From NCBI GenBank assembly GCA_965242865.1, contig CBDETK010000013.1, forward strand, positions 4,672,001-4,736,000: a stretch of 64,000 nt of DNA, in the 5' to 3' direction. The notes below the pieces were generated by a model, which worked only from the letters and a program-made list of their open reading frames with translations, did not search any database and was not told the origin of the DNA. Positions 20,159 to 30,945 of this stretch are shown piece after piece. Within the stretch, counting starts at the first letter, position 1, and each line of letters starts with the position of its first letter. The position numbers and the translations under genes were made by a program. This stretch comes from Candidatus Latescibacterota bacterium. GTDB lineage: Bacteria > Latescibacterota > UBA2968 > UBA8231.

Positions 20159-21449
20159 ATTTTCGGCCGACTTGCTCGTCCGCCGAGGACGCCTCATCGA
20201 TCCGGCCAACGGCACCGATGCCCTAGGGGACCTCCTCATCCGCGAGGGGAAAATAGTCCAAGCGGCCCCCCGCCTGACAGCCCCGCCCGACGTGCCCGTC
20301 CTGACGGCTACCGGCTTGGTCGTCGCTCCGGGTTTTATCGACGTTCACACCCACCTCCGCGAACCGGGCTACGAACACAAGGAGACCATTCAGAGCGGCA
20401 CGGCCGCGGCCGCGGCCGGCGGCATCTGTGCCGTAGCCGCCATGCCCAACACCAACCCGCCCCCGGACCGCAGCGACCACCTGCAACTCATGCTGGAGCG
20501 CGCCCAGACGACCGTCGTGCGCTACTATCCAATCGCCTGTATCACCGTGGGCCGCCGAGGACGCGGCGCGCTCGCCCCTCTCGCGGAGTTGGCCGAATTG
20601 GGCGCGGTGGCCTTTTCCGACGATGGCGACCCAGTCGAAGACGCGGCCTTGATGCGGCGCGCCCTCGAAATCGCCCGCGAGCTCGACCGGCCCATCTTCC
20701 CGCATGCCGAGGTCAAGTCGCTTACGGCTGGTGGCTGTATGCACGCCGGCGCAGTGGCCGCACGCCTCGGCGTCCGAGGCATGCCCGCGGCCGGCGAGGA
20801 GGCCATGGTGGCCCGCGATATAGAACTCGTCCGCCAGACCGGCGGCCCGTTGCACATCGCCCATATCAGCACGGCCGGCACCGCGCAATTGGTCCGACGC
20901 GCCCAAGCCGATGGCCTCCCTGTGACCTGCGAAGTGCTCCCCCATCACTTCGCACTCACCGACCACGAGGTCGAGCACCAAGGCACAGCCGCCAAGATGA
21001 GCCCGCCGCTGCGCGAGCCCGCGGATGTCGAGGCCATGCGTACGGGGCTAGCCGATGGCACCATAGAAGTCATTGCGACCGACCACGCGCCGCACACGGC
21101 CGCGGAAAAAGCCCAACCCCTCGCGCAAGCCCCCATGGGCATCGTCGGTCTAGAGACGGCCATCGGCCTCACCTTGACCTATTTGGTGGACCGCGTTTTG
21201 TCCCTGCCCGAGGCCATCGCTTGCTGGACCTGCCACCCGGCGCGCATCTTGCGGCTGCCGGGGGGTGCTCTCACCCCGGGCATGCCCGGCGATCTCACCC
21301 TGCTCGACCTGACGCGCGACTGGGAGGTCGCGCCCGAGCGCTTCCGCTCCAAATCGCGGAATACCCCCTTTGCCGGGTATCGCCTAAGGGGCAAGGCCGT
21401 GGCCACCATCGTCGGCGGCCAGATCGTCTATAGCGAGTTGGCCGCTTAG
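20151..21449 (+). CDS. pyrC: Dihydroorotase
   Basis: DVHTHLREPG, MPNTNP, FSDDG, ATDHAPH, SKSRNTPF. Confidence 0.95.
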   Translation: MAKFSADLLVRRGRLIDPANGTDALGDLLIREGKIVQAAPRLTAPPDVPVLTATGLVVAPGFIDVHTHLREPGYEHKETIQSGTAAAAAGGICAVAAMPNTNPPPDRSDHLQLMLERAQTTVVRYYPIACITVGRRGRGALAPLAELAELGAVAFSDDGDPVEDAALMRRALEIARELDRPIFPHAEVKSLTAGGCMHAGAVAARLGVRGMPAAGEEAMVARDIELVRQTGGPLHIAHISTAGTAQLVRRAQADGLPVTCEVLPHHFALTDHEVEHQGTAAKMSPPLREPADVEAMRTGLADGTIEVIATDHAPHTAAEKAQPLAQAPMGIVGLETAIGLTLTYLVDRVLSLPEAIACWTCHPARILRLPGGALTPGMPGDLTLLDLTRDWEVAPERFRSKSRNTPFAGYRLRGKAVATIVGGQIVYSELAA

Positions 21450-22780
21450 TCGAGGGGCTCGAACGCGGCCGGCCAATGCTCAATTTCCGCGCCGGCCGCG
21501 CGCAGCCACACGGCGATCACGTCGAAGCGGCAGCCCCGATCGGCCGCGGCCCCGTATTGGATGTAGTGCCGAGCGGCCCGCGTTAGACGCTGCCGCTTGG
21601 CGCGATGTACCCTCTGTTCCGGGCGCGACGCCCGCTCGCTGGCTTTTACCTCGACAAAGACCAAGTCGCCCCCCTCTTCGGCCACCAAGTCGATCTCGCC
21701 TCCGGCGGCGCGATAGCGGCGCGCCCGAATGCGGTAGCCCCGTTCTTCCAAATAGGCCGCGGCCGCGGCTTCGCCCCGCCGACCCGTATCCCCCAGCCTG
21801 TCGCGCTGCTCTCGATAGGCCCCTCTCAGGGCCGCTAGCTCGTCGGCCGTTAAATCATCAGCCGCGTCTTTGATCAACTGCGCCAACCGCGCTAGCTCGG
21901 CGAGATTGGCGCAATCGTATAGGCCCTCTGCAAACGAGAGAAAAAGCTCCGAGCGCGGCTCGGCCACGCGCGCGGCCACCGGGCCGAAACTGCGGCGGTG
22001 CAGGGGGCAAGGGCCGTGGGCGTCCAGCGCGGCTAAGTGCGCGGCGCTGCCGTAGCCCTTGTGGGCGGCAAAGCCGTATTCGGGATAGCGGGCGTCGCAG
22101 GCGCACATCAGGCGGTCGCGGTGTACTTTGGCCGCGATCGAGGCCGCGGCAATCGACAGCGAGCGGGCGTCTCCGTCAATGATGGCTTGCTCGGGGTAAG
22201 GGCTGCGCGCTGGCAGGTGCCCGTCAATCAGCACCCGGTCGGGCGGGGGATGCACCTTCTCCAGCGCCAAGCGCATGGCCTTGAGCGAGGCCTGCAGGAT
22301 GTTCAAGCGGTCTATCTCGGCGGCCTCGACCTGCCCTATCTCCACGGACAGGGCTTGGGCCGTGAGCTCCTCGTACAGGGCCTCGCGCTGGGTGCGCGAC
22401 AGCTTCTTGGAATCGTCGATCCCAGCGATGACGCAGTCCGGCGGCAAGACGACGGCCGCGGCCACCACCGGCCCCGCCAAGCAGCCGCGCCCGGCCTCAT
22501 CCACCCCGGCCACTCGGCCCACCCCCTGCGCCCAAAGGCGGCGTTCAAAGTGCAGGAGCCGTACGCGCCGCTGGGCCTCGGCCTGCTCCCGCGCATCGCG
22601 CCGCCGCCGCGCAACCACCAAGCGCCGCACGCCAACGCGGCGATCTGCTTCGAGCAAGGCCCAGCCCGGATCGTCGCTTTTCCACTCGGCCGCTTGGGCG
22701 CGGATCTGGGCTATGGTCATTCCGGCGAGTTCGGTCGCGCCGGAACGACTCGTCTCGGCAGACGTCTCATCTATTGACAT
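21446..22780 (-). CDS. rnhB: Ribonuclease HII fused to C-terminal YraN (UPF0102) nuclease-like domain
   Basis: GVDEAGRG.LAGPV, DSKKL, IAAASI.AKV.RD, HKGYG; then G..GE..A..YL...GY.I..R...GEIDLVA...VFVEVK, RFDVIAV. Confidence 0.9.
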   Translation of the reverse strand: MSIDETSAETSRSGATELAGMTIAQIRAQAAEWKSDDPGWALLEADRRVGVRRLVVARRRRDAREQAEAQRRVRLLHFERRLWAQGVGRVAGVDEAGRGCLAGPVVAAAVVLPPDCVIAGIDDSKKLSRTQREALYEELTAQALSVEIGQVEAAEIDRLNILQASLKAMRLALEKVHPPPDRVLIDGHLPARSPYPEQAIIDGDARSLSIAAASIAAKVHRDRLMCACDARYPEYGFAAHKGYGSAAHLAALDAHGPCPLHRRSFGPVAARVAEPRSELFLSFAEGLYDCANLAELARLAQLIKDAADDLTADELAALRGAYREQRDRLGDTGRRGEAAAAAYLEERGYRIRARRYRAAGGEIDLVAEEGGDLVFVEVKASERASRPEQRVHRAKRQRLTRAARHYIQYGAAADRGCRFDVIAVWLRAAGAEIEHWPAAFEPLD

Positions 22781-22801
22781 GGCATACCCACCTCGTATAT
22801 T
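22774..22801 (+). promoter_or_regulatory. Sigma70-like promoter overlapping the rnhB start codon
   Basis: TTGACA-N16-TATATT upstream of the AGGAG RBS and ATG 22832. Confidence 0.55.
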
Positions 22802-22831
22802 TGCGAAAAAGCTACCCAGAGGAGCCTTAAC

Positions 22832-23415
22832 ATGAAGAGCTACACGGCGTTAGTTGCCTGCTTTTGCCTCGTTTTGCAACCCAGCATGGCCCTCGCAGAG
22901 CCGGAACCAACACCTATCGCCGGGGCAGACACCCGCCTCTATCTGGCCGACGGCAGCTTGGTGGAAGGCACGCTAATCGAACGCGACCAAGAGCTGGTCA
23001 TCCTGCGCGTCAACGACAAGATCTTCACGTTTGACAAAACCGAAATCGACAAGATCATCACCCTCGAATCGCTGGGCGGGGGGGCCGAAACGATCACGGT
23101 GACCGAGTTTCCTTACATCAGCTTTCTCGGGGGGCCCTCGCCTTTAGCCTGCTCTCGTGGCTGCAATTCGACCGGGCTTCCGACAACGAAGCCGAAGCGG
23201 CCCTCAACCGCGATCACGACCAGCTCGCCCGCGCCAAAAAGCTCGACGACAAAGCCGACCGCGCTCGCCTCTACGGCCGGGCCACAGCCGTTCTCGCGGC
23301 CGGCAGCTTAGTAGTGGCCTTAATCCCGCGCAAAAGCACCCGCCGGGTCTTTCCCGAACTCGGTTTCCGCGACGGCGAGCCGCGCATCGGCGTATCCTAC
23401 GTCTATTCGTTCTGA
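22832..23415 (+). pseudogene. Exported hypothetical protein frameshifted at G6 run (23129-23134)
   Basis: Adding one G gives FLGGALAFSLLSWLQF...[10 protein letters not shown] ending at 23415. Confidence 0.7.
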
Positions 23416-23864
23416 GCGCCCTGAGTGCCTTCCGCACTCCGCAGGTAATGCACCAACGCCTCTAGCCCGAGCGCGTAGCTAAACCGGCCAAATCCGGCGA
23501 TTTGCCCCAAGCAGACCGGCGCGATAACCGACTGCTGGCGAAACGCTTCCCGGGCATGCACATTGGACAGATGCACCTCAACGGTCGGCAACCCCTTGGC
23601 CGCCACGGCGTCGCGCAAGGCGAGGCTATAGTGGGTAAAGGCCCCCGGATTGAATAGCAGGCCCTGCTCTTGGGCTTGGTGCAGCGCGTCGATTAGGGGC
23701 CCCTCGCCATTGGATTGATAGCAGCGCACCTGCACGCCAAGGCGCTGGGCGTGGTCGGCGAGCGACGCATCAATCGCGGCCAAGGTTTCCCGCCCATAGA
23801 CCTCGGGCTCGCGCGTTCCCAGCAAGTTGAGATTGGGTCCGTGTAGAACTAGGATGCTAGTCAA
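23403..23864 (-). CDS. aroQ: Type II 3-dehydroquinate dehydratase
   Basis: [34 protein letters not shown]; TTG start. Confidence 0.96.
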   Translation of the reverse strand: MTSILVLHGPNLNLLGTREPEVYGRETLAAIDASLADHAQRLGVQVRCYQSNGEGPLIDALHQAQEQGLLFNPGAFTHYSLALRDAVAAKGLPTVEVHLSNVHAREAFRQQSVIAPVCLGQIAGFGRFSYALGLEALVHYLRSAEGTQGAQNE

Positions 23865-24738
23865 ATTGACCTCCGCTGTTGCGCGCCACCACGCAGATCC
23901 ACGCCCCTTTTGCCAAGACGGCATCGACCACTAGGGCAGCTTCTGTGACCCCGCGGCAAAAAGCCGCCTCTTCCCGCGCCAGCAACCCCGAAAACGCGAT
24001 CCGCCCACCCGCGGCCAATAAGCCGCGCAATGGGCGCAAAAGGGGCCGCAACACGTGGCTTTGAATGTTGGCCATCACCAAGTCAAAGGGCTTTTCCGCG
24101 ACCGCCTCCACTCCGCCCAGCCGCACCTCGACCTGCCCAAGGCCCAAGCCGTTGTGCGCCAAGTTTTCCCGCGCATTCGCCACGGCCCGCTCGTCGATAT
24201 CCACGGCCAGCACCGGCCCGGCCCCCAGCCGCGCGGCCGCAATGCTGAGGATGCCGCTGCCCGTCCCCAAGTCCAAGCAGCGCGCCCCGGGGCGCAGATA
24301 GCGCGCTAGCGCCTGCAAGCAGAGCTGAGTCGATTCGTGCGACCCCGCGCCAAAGGCCATTTTGGGGTCTATGGTCACGGCGACTTGGCCCTCGGCCGTC
24401 TCGACCGGAACCCACGAAGGGTGGACGACGATTCGCTCGGTGGCCCACACCGGCGCGAAGAACCGCCGCCACTCGGCCTCCCAATCCCGCTCCTCCACGC
24501 ACTCGGAGTCGATCGACGACGCCAACCCGAGCGCGGCGAGCCGCTGCGCCAGCTCGCGCCGAACTCCAGCCAAATCGCACCTCGGCTCGGCGGCAAAGTA
24601 TGCGCTCAACCGGGTTCGCTCGCTCGCTTCTTCGGCCTGTAGGCCGCAGCTACCGAGCTGATATGCCCACGCGCTCACATCCTCGGCGCAAGCCGTGGGC
24701 ACCTCTAGCCGCAAGCAGTGCCAAGCCCGTTTATTCAT
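23857..24738 (-). CDS. prmA: Ribosomal protein L11 methyltransferase
   Basis: DW...[28 protein letters not shown]. Confidence 0.93.
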   Translation of the reverse strand: MNKRAWHCLRLEVPTACAEDVSAWAYQLGSCGLQAEEASERTRLSAYFAAEPRCDLAGVRRELAQRLAALGLASSIDSECVEERDWEAEWRRFFAPVWATERIVVHPSWVPVETAEGQVAVTIDPKMAFGAGSHESTQLCLQALARYLRPGARCLDLGTGSGILSIAAARLGAGPVLAVDIDERAVANARENLAHNGLGLGQVEVRLGGVEAVAEKPFDLVMANIQSHVLRPLLRPLRGLLAAGGRIAFSGLLAREEAAFCRGVTEAALVVDAVLAKGAWICVVARNSGGQFD

Positions 24739-25504
24739 GGGCTTCCAACCGGCGCAACTGGGCGACCAGTCCCTCGCCGATTGCGGCGAAAAGGGGGTCC
24801 GGCGCGGCCCGGCCCTCATCCCCGCGCTGGCGGATTGCAGCCGACAGGGGCAGCGCACCCAAAAAGGGCAGCCCCAACCGCGCCGCGGCCCCGGCCCCGC
24901 CGCCGCGGCCAAAGACCTCGTGGCGGTGGTCGCAGTGACCGCACAGGTAGTAGCTCATGTTTTCGACGATCCCGAGCACATCCACCTCGACCTTGGCAAA
25001 CATGGCGATGCCCCGTTCCACGTCCTCCAACGCCACGCGCTGCGGAGTGGTCACGATCAGGGCCCCGGACAGGGCGACGGCTTGGCTCAAGGTCAGCGGC
25101 ACATCGCCCGTGCCGGGCGGCAGGTCGATCAACAAGTAGTCGAGTGCCCCCCATGCTACTTGGTTCAAAAACTGCTGCAACGCCCGCGCCAACAGGGGCC
25201 CGCGCCAGACCACCGGCGTGTCCTCGCCGGCGATGAAACCAATCGACATTAGGGCGACCCCGGCCTTATGCACCGGGCGCATCGCACCTCGGCGCTCGGT
25301 TGCGGGCTGCTGCCTAATACCCATCATCAGGGGAATGCTCGGGCCGTAGATGTCGGCGTCGAGCAGGCCAACGCGCGCGCCTTGGGCCGCCAGACTCACG
25401 GCCAAGTTGACGCTTACGGTTGATTTTCCCACGCCTCCCTTAGCACTGGCAATGGCGACGGTATGGCCCACTTGGGCTAAGGGACCGGGTTGGGGAATGG
25501 ACAA
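24731..25504 (-). CDS. Mrp/NBP35 (ApbC) Fe-S carrier ATPase
   Basis: SAKGGVGKST, DADIYGPS, WRGP, DLPPGTGD, ENMS...C..C; start (TTG) approximate. Confidence 0.9.
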   Translation of the reverse strand: MSIPQPGPLAQVGHTVAIASAKGGVGKSTVSVNLAVSLAAQGARVGLLDADIYGPSIPLMMGIRQQPATERRGAMRPVHKAGVALMSIGFIAGEDTPVVWRGPLLARALQQFLNQVAWGALDYLLIDLPPGTGDVPLTLSQAVALSGALIVTTPQRVALEDVERGIAMFAKVEVDVLGIVENMSYYLCGHCDHRHEVFGRGGGAGAAARLGLPFLGALPLSAAIRQRGDEGRAAPDPLFAAIGEGLVAQLRRLEAHE

Positions 25505-25515
25505 GGACGCCTGCT

Positions 25516-26658
25516 TTAGGACCGGAAAGCCTTGCGCATTTTGGCGAGGAAGCTCTCGCCTTCTTGGGCGACGCGCGCTTGTTCGAGCTGGGCTAGCTCG
25601 CTGAACAGTTCGCGCTCGCGGCGGCTGAGGCCCTCGGGCGTCCACAAGACGACCTCGACGAGCTGGTCGCCGTGGCCGCGGCCGTTGACGTCGGGAATGC
25701 CCCGGCCGCTCATGCGGAAGACGCGCCCGGATTGAGTGCCCGCGGGGATTTTCAACATCGCCTTGCCGGCCAAGGTCGGGACTTCGACGGACGCGCCGAG
25801 GGTGGCTTGGCCAAACCCGACGGGCAACTGGTAAATGACGTGATTGCCGTCGCGGATGAAATAGTCGTGCTCTTTTTCTTCGATAAAGACCAAGCAATCC
25901 CCCGAAGGCCCCCCGCGCGGCCCGACTTCGCCTTGGCCGCGCAATGGAATGTAGTTGCCCTCTTGGACGCCGGCGGGAATGCGCACCGTCAGGGTCGTTT
26001 GGCCGCGCTGGCGGCCCTCGCCTCGGCACGCTGGACAGGGATTGGAGACGATGTGGCCTTCCCCTTCGCAGGCCGGGCACGTCACCACGGTCATCGACGG
26101 CCCGAACAGGGTGCGCGCCATCTGTTGCACTTGGCCCTGCCCGCCGCACGTGTTGCAGGTCTTGCGGCCCGCGCGGCTGGCCGCGCCCGTCCCCTCGCAG
26201 CTCGTACAGCGCTGCAAGCGCGTCAGGGCGATGTTCTTTTCTACGCCCGTGGCGATCTCCTCCAACGTTAGGGCCACCTTGATTTTTAAGTCGCGGCCTT
26301 TGGCCCGCGCCGATCCCCCCCGCGACCGCCGCCCCCCGCCGAAGAAGCTCTCGAAAATCTCGCCGAAAATGTCTTGAAAATCGCCGGCGTGCGTAAAATC
26401 CGACCACTGAAAGCCGCCGCGGCCGAAATTGCCCTCAATGCCGGCGTGACCATAGCGATCGTACGCGGCCTTTTTCTCGGGATCGGAAAGCACCTCGTAG
26501 GCTTCGGAGGCCTCCTTGAAGTGCTCCTCGGCCGCGGCGTTTCCGGGGTTGCGGTCAGGATGGTACTTCAGCGCCTTCTTGCGATAGGCTCCTTTGATCG
26601 CGCCCTCGCTGGCGTCGCGCTCGACGCCCAGTACTTCGTAGTAGTCCCTTTTGGACAT
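25516..26658 (-). CDS. dnaJ: Chaperone DnaJ
   Basis: J-domain HPD, G/F region, four CxxCxGxG motifs. Confidence 0.98.
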   Translation of the reverse strand: MSKRDYYEVLGVERDASEGAIKGAYRKKALKYHPDRNPGNAAAEEHFKEASEAYEVLSDPEKKAAYDRYGHAGIEGNFGRGGFQWSDFTHAGDFQDIFGEIFESFFGGGRRSRGGSARAKGRDLKIKVALTLEEIATGVEKNIALTRLQRCTSCEGTGAASRAGRKTCNTCGGQGQVQQMARTLFGPSMTVVTCPACEGEGHIVSNPCPACRGEGRQRGQTTLTVRIPAGVQEGNYIPLRGQGEVGPRGGPSGDCLVFIEEKEHDYFIRDGNHVIYQLPVGFGQATLGASVEVPTLAGKAMLKIPAGTQSGRVFRMSGRGIPDVNGRGHGDQLVEVVLWTPEGLSRRERELFSELAQLEQARVAQEGESFLAKMRKAFRS

Positions 26659-26666
26659 TCGGTTCC

Positions 26667-27233
26667 TCAGCTCTCCACGCTCGCCTTGCTGACGACGACG
26701 CGGGCGAAACGGACCACCTTGTCGTTGAGTTTGTAGCCCTTTTCCATCTCCTCAATAATCGTGCCCGGGGGGTGCTCGCCGTCTGGAACTTCGGCGAGTG
26801 CCTCGTGGACTGCCGGGTCAAAGGGCTGCCCCACCGCCTCGATCTCGGCCAGCCCATAGCCTTTGAGAACGTCGTTGAATTGGCCGCAGATCAACTCGAC
26901 GCCCTGCTTGAGCTGCTCGGCTTCTTGGGTCTCCTGACCGAGGGCGCGGCGCAAGTTGTCCAAAATGGGCGCGACCTGCAACAAGACATCGCGCACGGTC
27001 TCATCCCGCGCTTCCGCCCGCATCCGCACCGTGCGCTTGCGGTAGTTGTCCAACTCGGCCACCGCCCGCACATAGCGGTCGTAATTGGCTGCGGCCTCGG
27101 CGCGCGCCGCCGCCAGTTCGGCCTCAAACTCGGCTGCTGCTTTTTCGCCGGCCGCCGCGGCCTGCTCCTCAACGGCCCCCTCCGCGCTCGCCTCTTCCAC
27201 GGCGACGCGGTCCTGAGTTTCGCGCTCGCTCAT
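26667..27233 (-). CDS. grpE: Nucleotide exchange factor GrpE
   Basis: [20 protein letters not shown]...V.R.ARV.V. Confidence 0.96.
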   Translation of the reverse strand: MSERETQDRVAVEEASAEGAVEEQAAAAGEKAAAEFEAELAAARAEAAANYDRYVRAVAELDNYRKRTVRMRAEARDETVRDVLLQVAPILDNLRRALGQETQEAEQLKQGVELICGQFNDVLKGYGLAEIEAVGQPFDPAVHEALAEVPDGEHPPGTIIEEMEKGYKLNDKVVRFARVVVSKASVES

Positions 27234-27268
27234 CAACGCTCCTTACTCTTTACGCTTTGTGAATTGGA

Positions 27269-28303
27269 TTAGCAGATCAAATCCGCCGCTCGGGAGGCCG
27301 CGCAATTGACCAAGCTCACCAAGGGCCGGTAGGGCATGCGCGTCGGGCCGATTACGCCCAGCACGCCGACCACGCCTTTGGCTCCGGCGACCTCGTAGCT
27401 GGCCGTCACCATGCCGCACCGCCCCATCGCCCGCGGCCGGTGCTCGGAACCAATGGTGACGACCACGCCGCGCCGCTCGCTCATAAGCCGGGCGAGGATG
27501 TCCTTTTTCTCCACCAAATCGATCAAACTGGCCACTTCGCTCGGATCGTCAAACTCGGGCTTTAGGCACAGATTGCGGGTCCCCGACACGTGCAAATCGG
27601 CCCCGCTCGTGGTGGCCAAGTCTTTGATGTGCCGCACGACCGCTTTCACAACCGGCGACGGGATCGGCTCCAACTCGGCCATCCGCTCCTCAACCGCGCC
27701 TTGGATTTCAGCCAGCGTCAACCCGTGCAAACGCTCGTTAAAAAGCCGGCTCAACCCCTCTAAGTCGCGCTGCGACACCACGCAATCTACTTCGACCAGC
27801 AGGCTTTTGGTCAGGCCGCCGCGAATCGTGATGATGAGCAACAGGCGATGATCGCCCAAACGCCAAAGCTCCAGCTTGTGAAAGATGCCCTGCTTGAAGC
27901 GCGGGGCCAAAACCAACCCGAGTTGGTTCGACAAATCGCCGATGGTCCGCGCCAGTTGGTGGAGGATCTCTTCGTAATCGCCCGCCAGTTGGGCGACCGC
28001 GAGCTGCTGTCGCAGGGTGGTCTCAGCCTCGTCCAAGCCAGCGTCTGCCGCCTCCATGCAGCGTTGCACGTAGAACCGGTACCCCTTTTCAGAGGGAATG
28101 CGGCCGGCCGAGACATGGGGCTGGGAGACGTAGCCCTTTTCCTCTAGGGAGGCCAAGGCATTTCTTATGGTAGCCGAGCTAACGCCCAAGTTCTCGCACT
28201 GATTCAACGTCTGCGAGCCAACCGGAATACCGAGGGCGACGTGGACTTTGACTAAGGCAAGGAGGACTTGGATTTCGCGTTTGGACAGCGGGCTAGTGGC
28301 CAT
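27269..28303 (-). CDS. hrcA: Heat-inducible transcription repressor HrcA
   Basis: PVGS, VSSATIRN, QPHVSAGRIP...GYR.YV, GVIGPTRM.Y. Confidence 0.95.
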   Translation of the reverse strand: MATSPLSKREIQVLLALVKVHVALGIPVGSQTLNQCENLGVSSATIRNALASLEEKGYVSQPHVSAGRIPSEKGYRFYVQRCMEAADAGLDEAETTLRQQLAVAQLAGDYEEILHQLARTIGDLSNQLGLVLAPRFKQGIFHKLELWRLGDHRLLLIITIRGGLTKSLLVEVDCVVSQRDLEGLSRLFNERLHGLTLAEIQGAVEERMAELEPIPSPVVKAVVRHIKDLATTSGADLHVSGTRNLCLKPEFDDPSEVASLIDLVEKKDILARLMSERRGVVVTIGSEHRPRAMGRCGMVTASYEVAGAKGVVGVLGVIGPTRMPYRPLVSLVNCAASRAADLIC

Positions 28304-28358
28304 GGCCGGGAGGCAGCTCCAGCGGCATAAACGCCATTAAGTATCGAGGTTTTGCAAA

Positions 28359-28433
28359 ATAATAAAAGCCGCCGATTGCTTGTCAAGGCTCGCTCTCTAC
28401 TTGCTTGACAGCCAATTTACAGGGCCGTACTAT
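28359..28433. promoter_or_regulatory. Back-to-back sigma70-like promoters for hrcA (minus) and glnA (plus)
   Basis: Plus: TTGACA(28405)-N17-TACTAT. Minus: TTGACA(28386)-N16-TATTAT. Confidence 0.65.
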
Positions 28434-28497
28434 ATACGCTTTGTTTTCCTTCCAACCACCCTAAAGCCGTATCATTCGACGCGAGAAAGGATTTGTC

Positions 28498-29961
28498 ATG
28501 GCCAAAGCCAAAGCCAAAGCCAAAACCAAACCAAAAGCCAAAGGGGCCAGCGCAGTGGACGCCGCGCTGAACTTAGCGCGCGACCAGCAGGCGACGATGG
28601 TCGATTTCAAGTTCGTCGATCTGCCCGGCATCTGGCAGCACTTTACCATCCCGGTGTCCGAGCTGAAAGCCGACCTGTTCGAGGACGGCCTCGGCTTCGA
28701 CGGGTCCTCCATCCGCGGCTGGCAGGCCATCAACGAATCCGACATGCTCGTCCTGCCCGATCCGACCACCGCGATGATGGATCCGTTCACCGAGGTCCCA
28801 ACCCTGTCGCTGGTCTGCTCCATTGAAGACCCGATCACCCGCCAGCCTTATGAGCGCGACCCGCGCGGCGTCGCCCAGCGGGCGCAGGCGTACCTGCGGC
28901 GCACCCAGATCGCCGACGTGGCCGTTTTCGGCCCAGAAGCGGAGTTTTTCGTCTTTGACGACATCCGGTTCGATCAGCAAGCCCATCAGGGGTTCTATAA
29001 GATCGACTCGCGGGAAGGCCGTTGGAACAGCGGCACCGACGAAGGCCCCAATCTCGGCTACAAGCCCGATTACAAGGGCGGCTACTTCCCCGTGCCTCCC
29101 ACCGACTCCCTACACGACCTCCGCGTCCAGATGGTGCAGACGATGATCGACTGCGGCATCGAAATCGAGTTGCACCACCACGAGGTGGGCACGGGCGGCC
29201 AATGCGAAATCGACATCCGCTTTTGTCCGATGTTGGTGTGCGGCGACCGGATGATGCTGTACAAATACATCGTCAAGAATGTGGCGCGTCGGCACGGCAA
29301 GACGGCCACGTTCATGCCCAAGCCCCTGTTTGAGGACAACGGCACGGGCATGCACACCCACCAGAGCCTGTGGAAGGACGACCAGCCCCTGTTTGCCGGC
29401 AATGGCTACGCCGGGCTGAGCCAGATGGCACTGCACTACATCGGCGGGCTGCTCGAACACGCGCCGGCGCTGTTGGCGTTTACCAACCCAACGACCAACT
29501 CGTACAAGCGGCTGGTGCCGGGCTACGAAGCCCCGGTGAACTTGGCGTACTCCCAGCGCAACCGCAGTGCGTCCGTGCGCATTCCCATGTATTCGCCCAG
29601 TCCCAAGAGCAAGCGGGTGGAGTTCCGCTGCCCGGACCCGTCGTGCAACATCTACTTGGCACTGGCGGCCATGCTGATGGCGGGGTTGGACGGCATTGAG
29701 CGGCAGCTCGACCCGGGCGAGCCGCTCGACAAGAACCTGTACGATCTGTCGGCCGAGGAGCGGGAAGGGGTGCCGCAGACGGCTGGGTCGCTGGAAGAGT
29801 CGTTGGATTCCTTGGATGAGGACCGGGACTTCCTGTTGCAGGGCGATGTGTTCTCCGACAACCTGATCGACGCTTGGATCGACTACAAGCGCACCGAGGA
29901 GGTCGATGCCATCCGCTTGCGTCCCCATCCCTATGAGTTCTCACTCTACTACGACATCTAA
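28498..29961 (+). CDS. glnA: Glutamine synthetase type I
   Basis: [46 protein letters not shown], adenylylation site KNLYDL. Confidence 0.98.
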   Translation: MAKAKAKAKTKPKAKGASAVDAALNLARDQQATMVDFKFVDLPGIWQHFTIPVSELKADLFEDGLGFDGSSIRGWQAINESDMLVLPDPTTAMMDPFTEVPTLSLVCSIEDPITRQPYERDPRGVAQRAQAYLRRTQIADVAVFGPEAEFFVFDDIRFDQQAHQGFYKIDSREGRWNSGTDEGPNLGYKPDYKGGYFPVPPTDSLHDLRVQMVQTMIDCGIEIELHHHEVGTGGQCEIDIRFCPMLVCGDRMMLYKYIVKNVARRHGKTATFMPKPLFEDNGTGMHTHQSLWKDDQPLFAGNGYAGLSQMALHYIGGLLEHAPALLAFTNPTTNSYKRLVPGYEAPVNLAYSQRNRSASVRIPMYSPSPKSKRVEFRCPDPSCNIYLALAAMLMAGLDGIERQLDPGEPLDKNLYDLSAEEREGVPQTAGSLEESLDSLDEDRDFLLQGDVFSDNLIDAWIDYKRTEEVDAIRLRPHPYEFSLYYDI

Positions 29962-29987
29962 TCCCACCCCTCCTTCGGGTGTTCACG

Positions 29988-30024
29988 GCAAGGGAAGATT
30001 TCCGCTAGGGGAATCTTCCCTTGC
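29988..30024 (+). terminator. Stem-loop after glnA
   Basis: gcaagggaagatt...aatcttcccttgc 13-bp perfect stem. Confidence 0.6.
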
Positions 30025-30039
30025 TCTATATATGCCCTC

Positions 30040-30945
30040 GTGAAACTCGTCATCGGCAGCCGCGGCAGCCCGCTCGCCCTCGTCCAAGCCCACGAGGTCC
30101 GCAACCGCTTGCTAGCCTTACGCGACGGACTGGACCTTGAGATTTCGCCCATTCGCACCACAGGTGACGCCACGACCGGGTCGCTGCGCAGCTTCGGCGG
30201 CGCGGGCGTTTTTACCAAAGCCCTCGAATGCGCCCTGCTGGCTGGGCACATTGACCTAGCGGTCCACAGCCTGAAAGACTTGCCGACCCAGATGCACCCG
30301 GCCCTCGCCCTCGTCGCCACGCCCGAGCGCGAAGATGTGCGCGACGCCCTCGTCGGCCCCGGCCTATCCTCGCTGGCCGACTTGCCGGCGGGTGCGCGAG
30401 TGGGCACGGGCAGCCTGCGCCGCGGCGCCCAGCTCAAGGCCCTGCGGCCGGACCTAACCATGCTAGACATCCGCGGCAATCTAGATACCCGCATTGACAA
30501 GGCCGAGCGCGGCGAGTGCGATGCCGTCGTCTTGGCCGTTGCCGGGCTCAACCGCCTCGGCCGGCAGGACCGCGTCGGCTGCTACCTGTCCCTCGAGCAG
30601 GTCCTCCCCGCGCCCGGCCAAGGTGCGTTAGGGCTGCAAATGCGCGCCGATCACCCGGCGCGGCCCGCCATCGCAGCCCTCAACCACGCCCCCACCCTAG
30701 CGGCCGTGCGCGCCGAACGCCACCTGCTGCACGCGCTGCGCGCGGGGTGTCACGCGCCCGTCGGTGCTTGGGGCCGCATCGAGGGCGATCTCCTCGCGCT
30801 CGATGGCTTGGTCGGCCATCCCGCAGGCACTCAATTGCTGCGCACCCACCAGCGCGCCCCCCGCGACTGCGCTGAATCCCTCGGCGCGTCCTTAGCAGAC
30901 TCCCTGCGCGCCCAAGGCGCCGACGACCTCTTGCTGGGGCCTTGA
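30040..30945 (+). CDS. hemC: Hydroxymethylbilane synthase
   Basis: IGSRGS.LA..Q, AVHSLKDLP, GTGSLRR, IRGNLDTR, GCHAP. Confidence 0.96.
   Translation: MKLVIGSRGSPLALVQAHEVRNRLLALRDGLDLEISPIRTTGDATTGSLRSFGGAGVFTKALECALLAGHIDLAVHSLKDLPTQMHPALALVATPEREDVRDALVGPGLSSLADLPAGARVGTGSLRRGAQLKALRPDLTMLDIRGNLDTRIDKAERGECDAVVLAVAGLNRLGRQDRVGCYLSLEQVLPAPGQGALGLQMRADHPARPAIAALNHAPTLAAVRAERHLLHALRAGCHAPVGAWGRIEGDLLALDGLVGHPAGTQLLRTHQRAPRDCAESLGASLADSLRAQGADDLLLGP

Noticed and set aside
24731-26407. 558-aa ORF as listed in the track
   Set aside because: The N-terminal ~300 aa is an off-frame shadow of dnaJ; only the Mrp part (from ~25504) is real.
28304-28497. CIRCE operator upstream of hrcA
   Set aside because: The consensus inverted repeat is not present.
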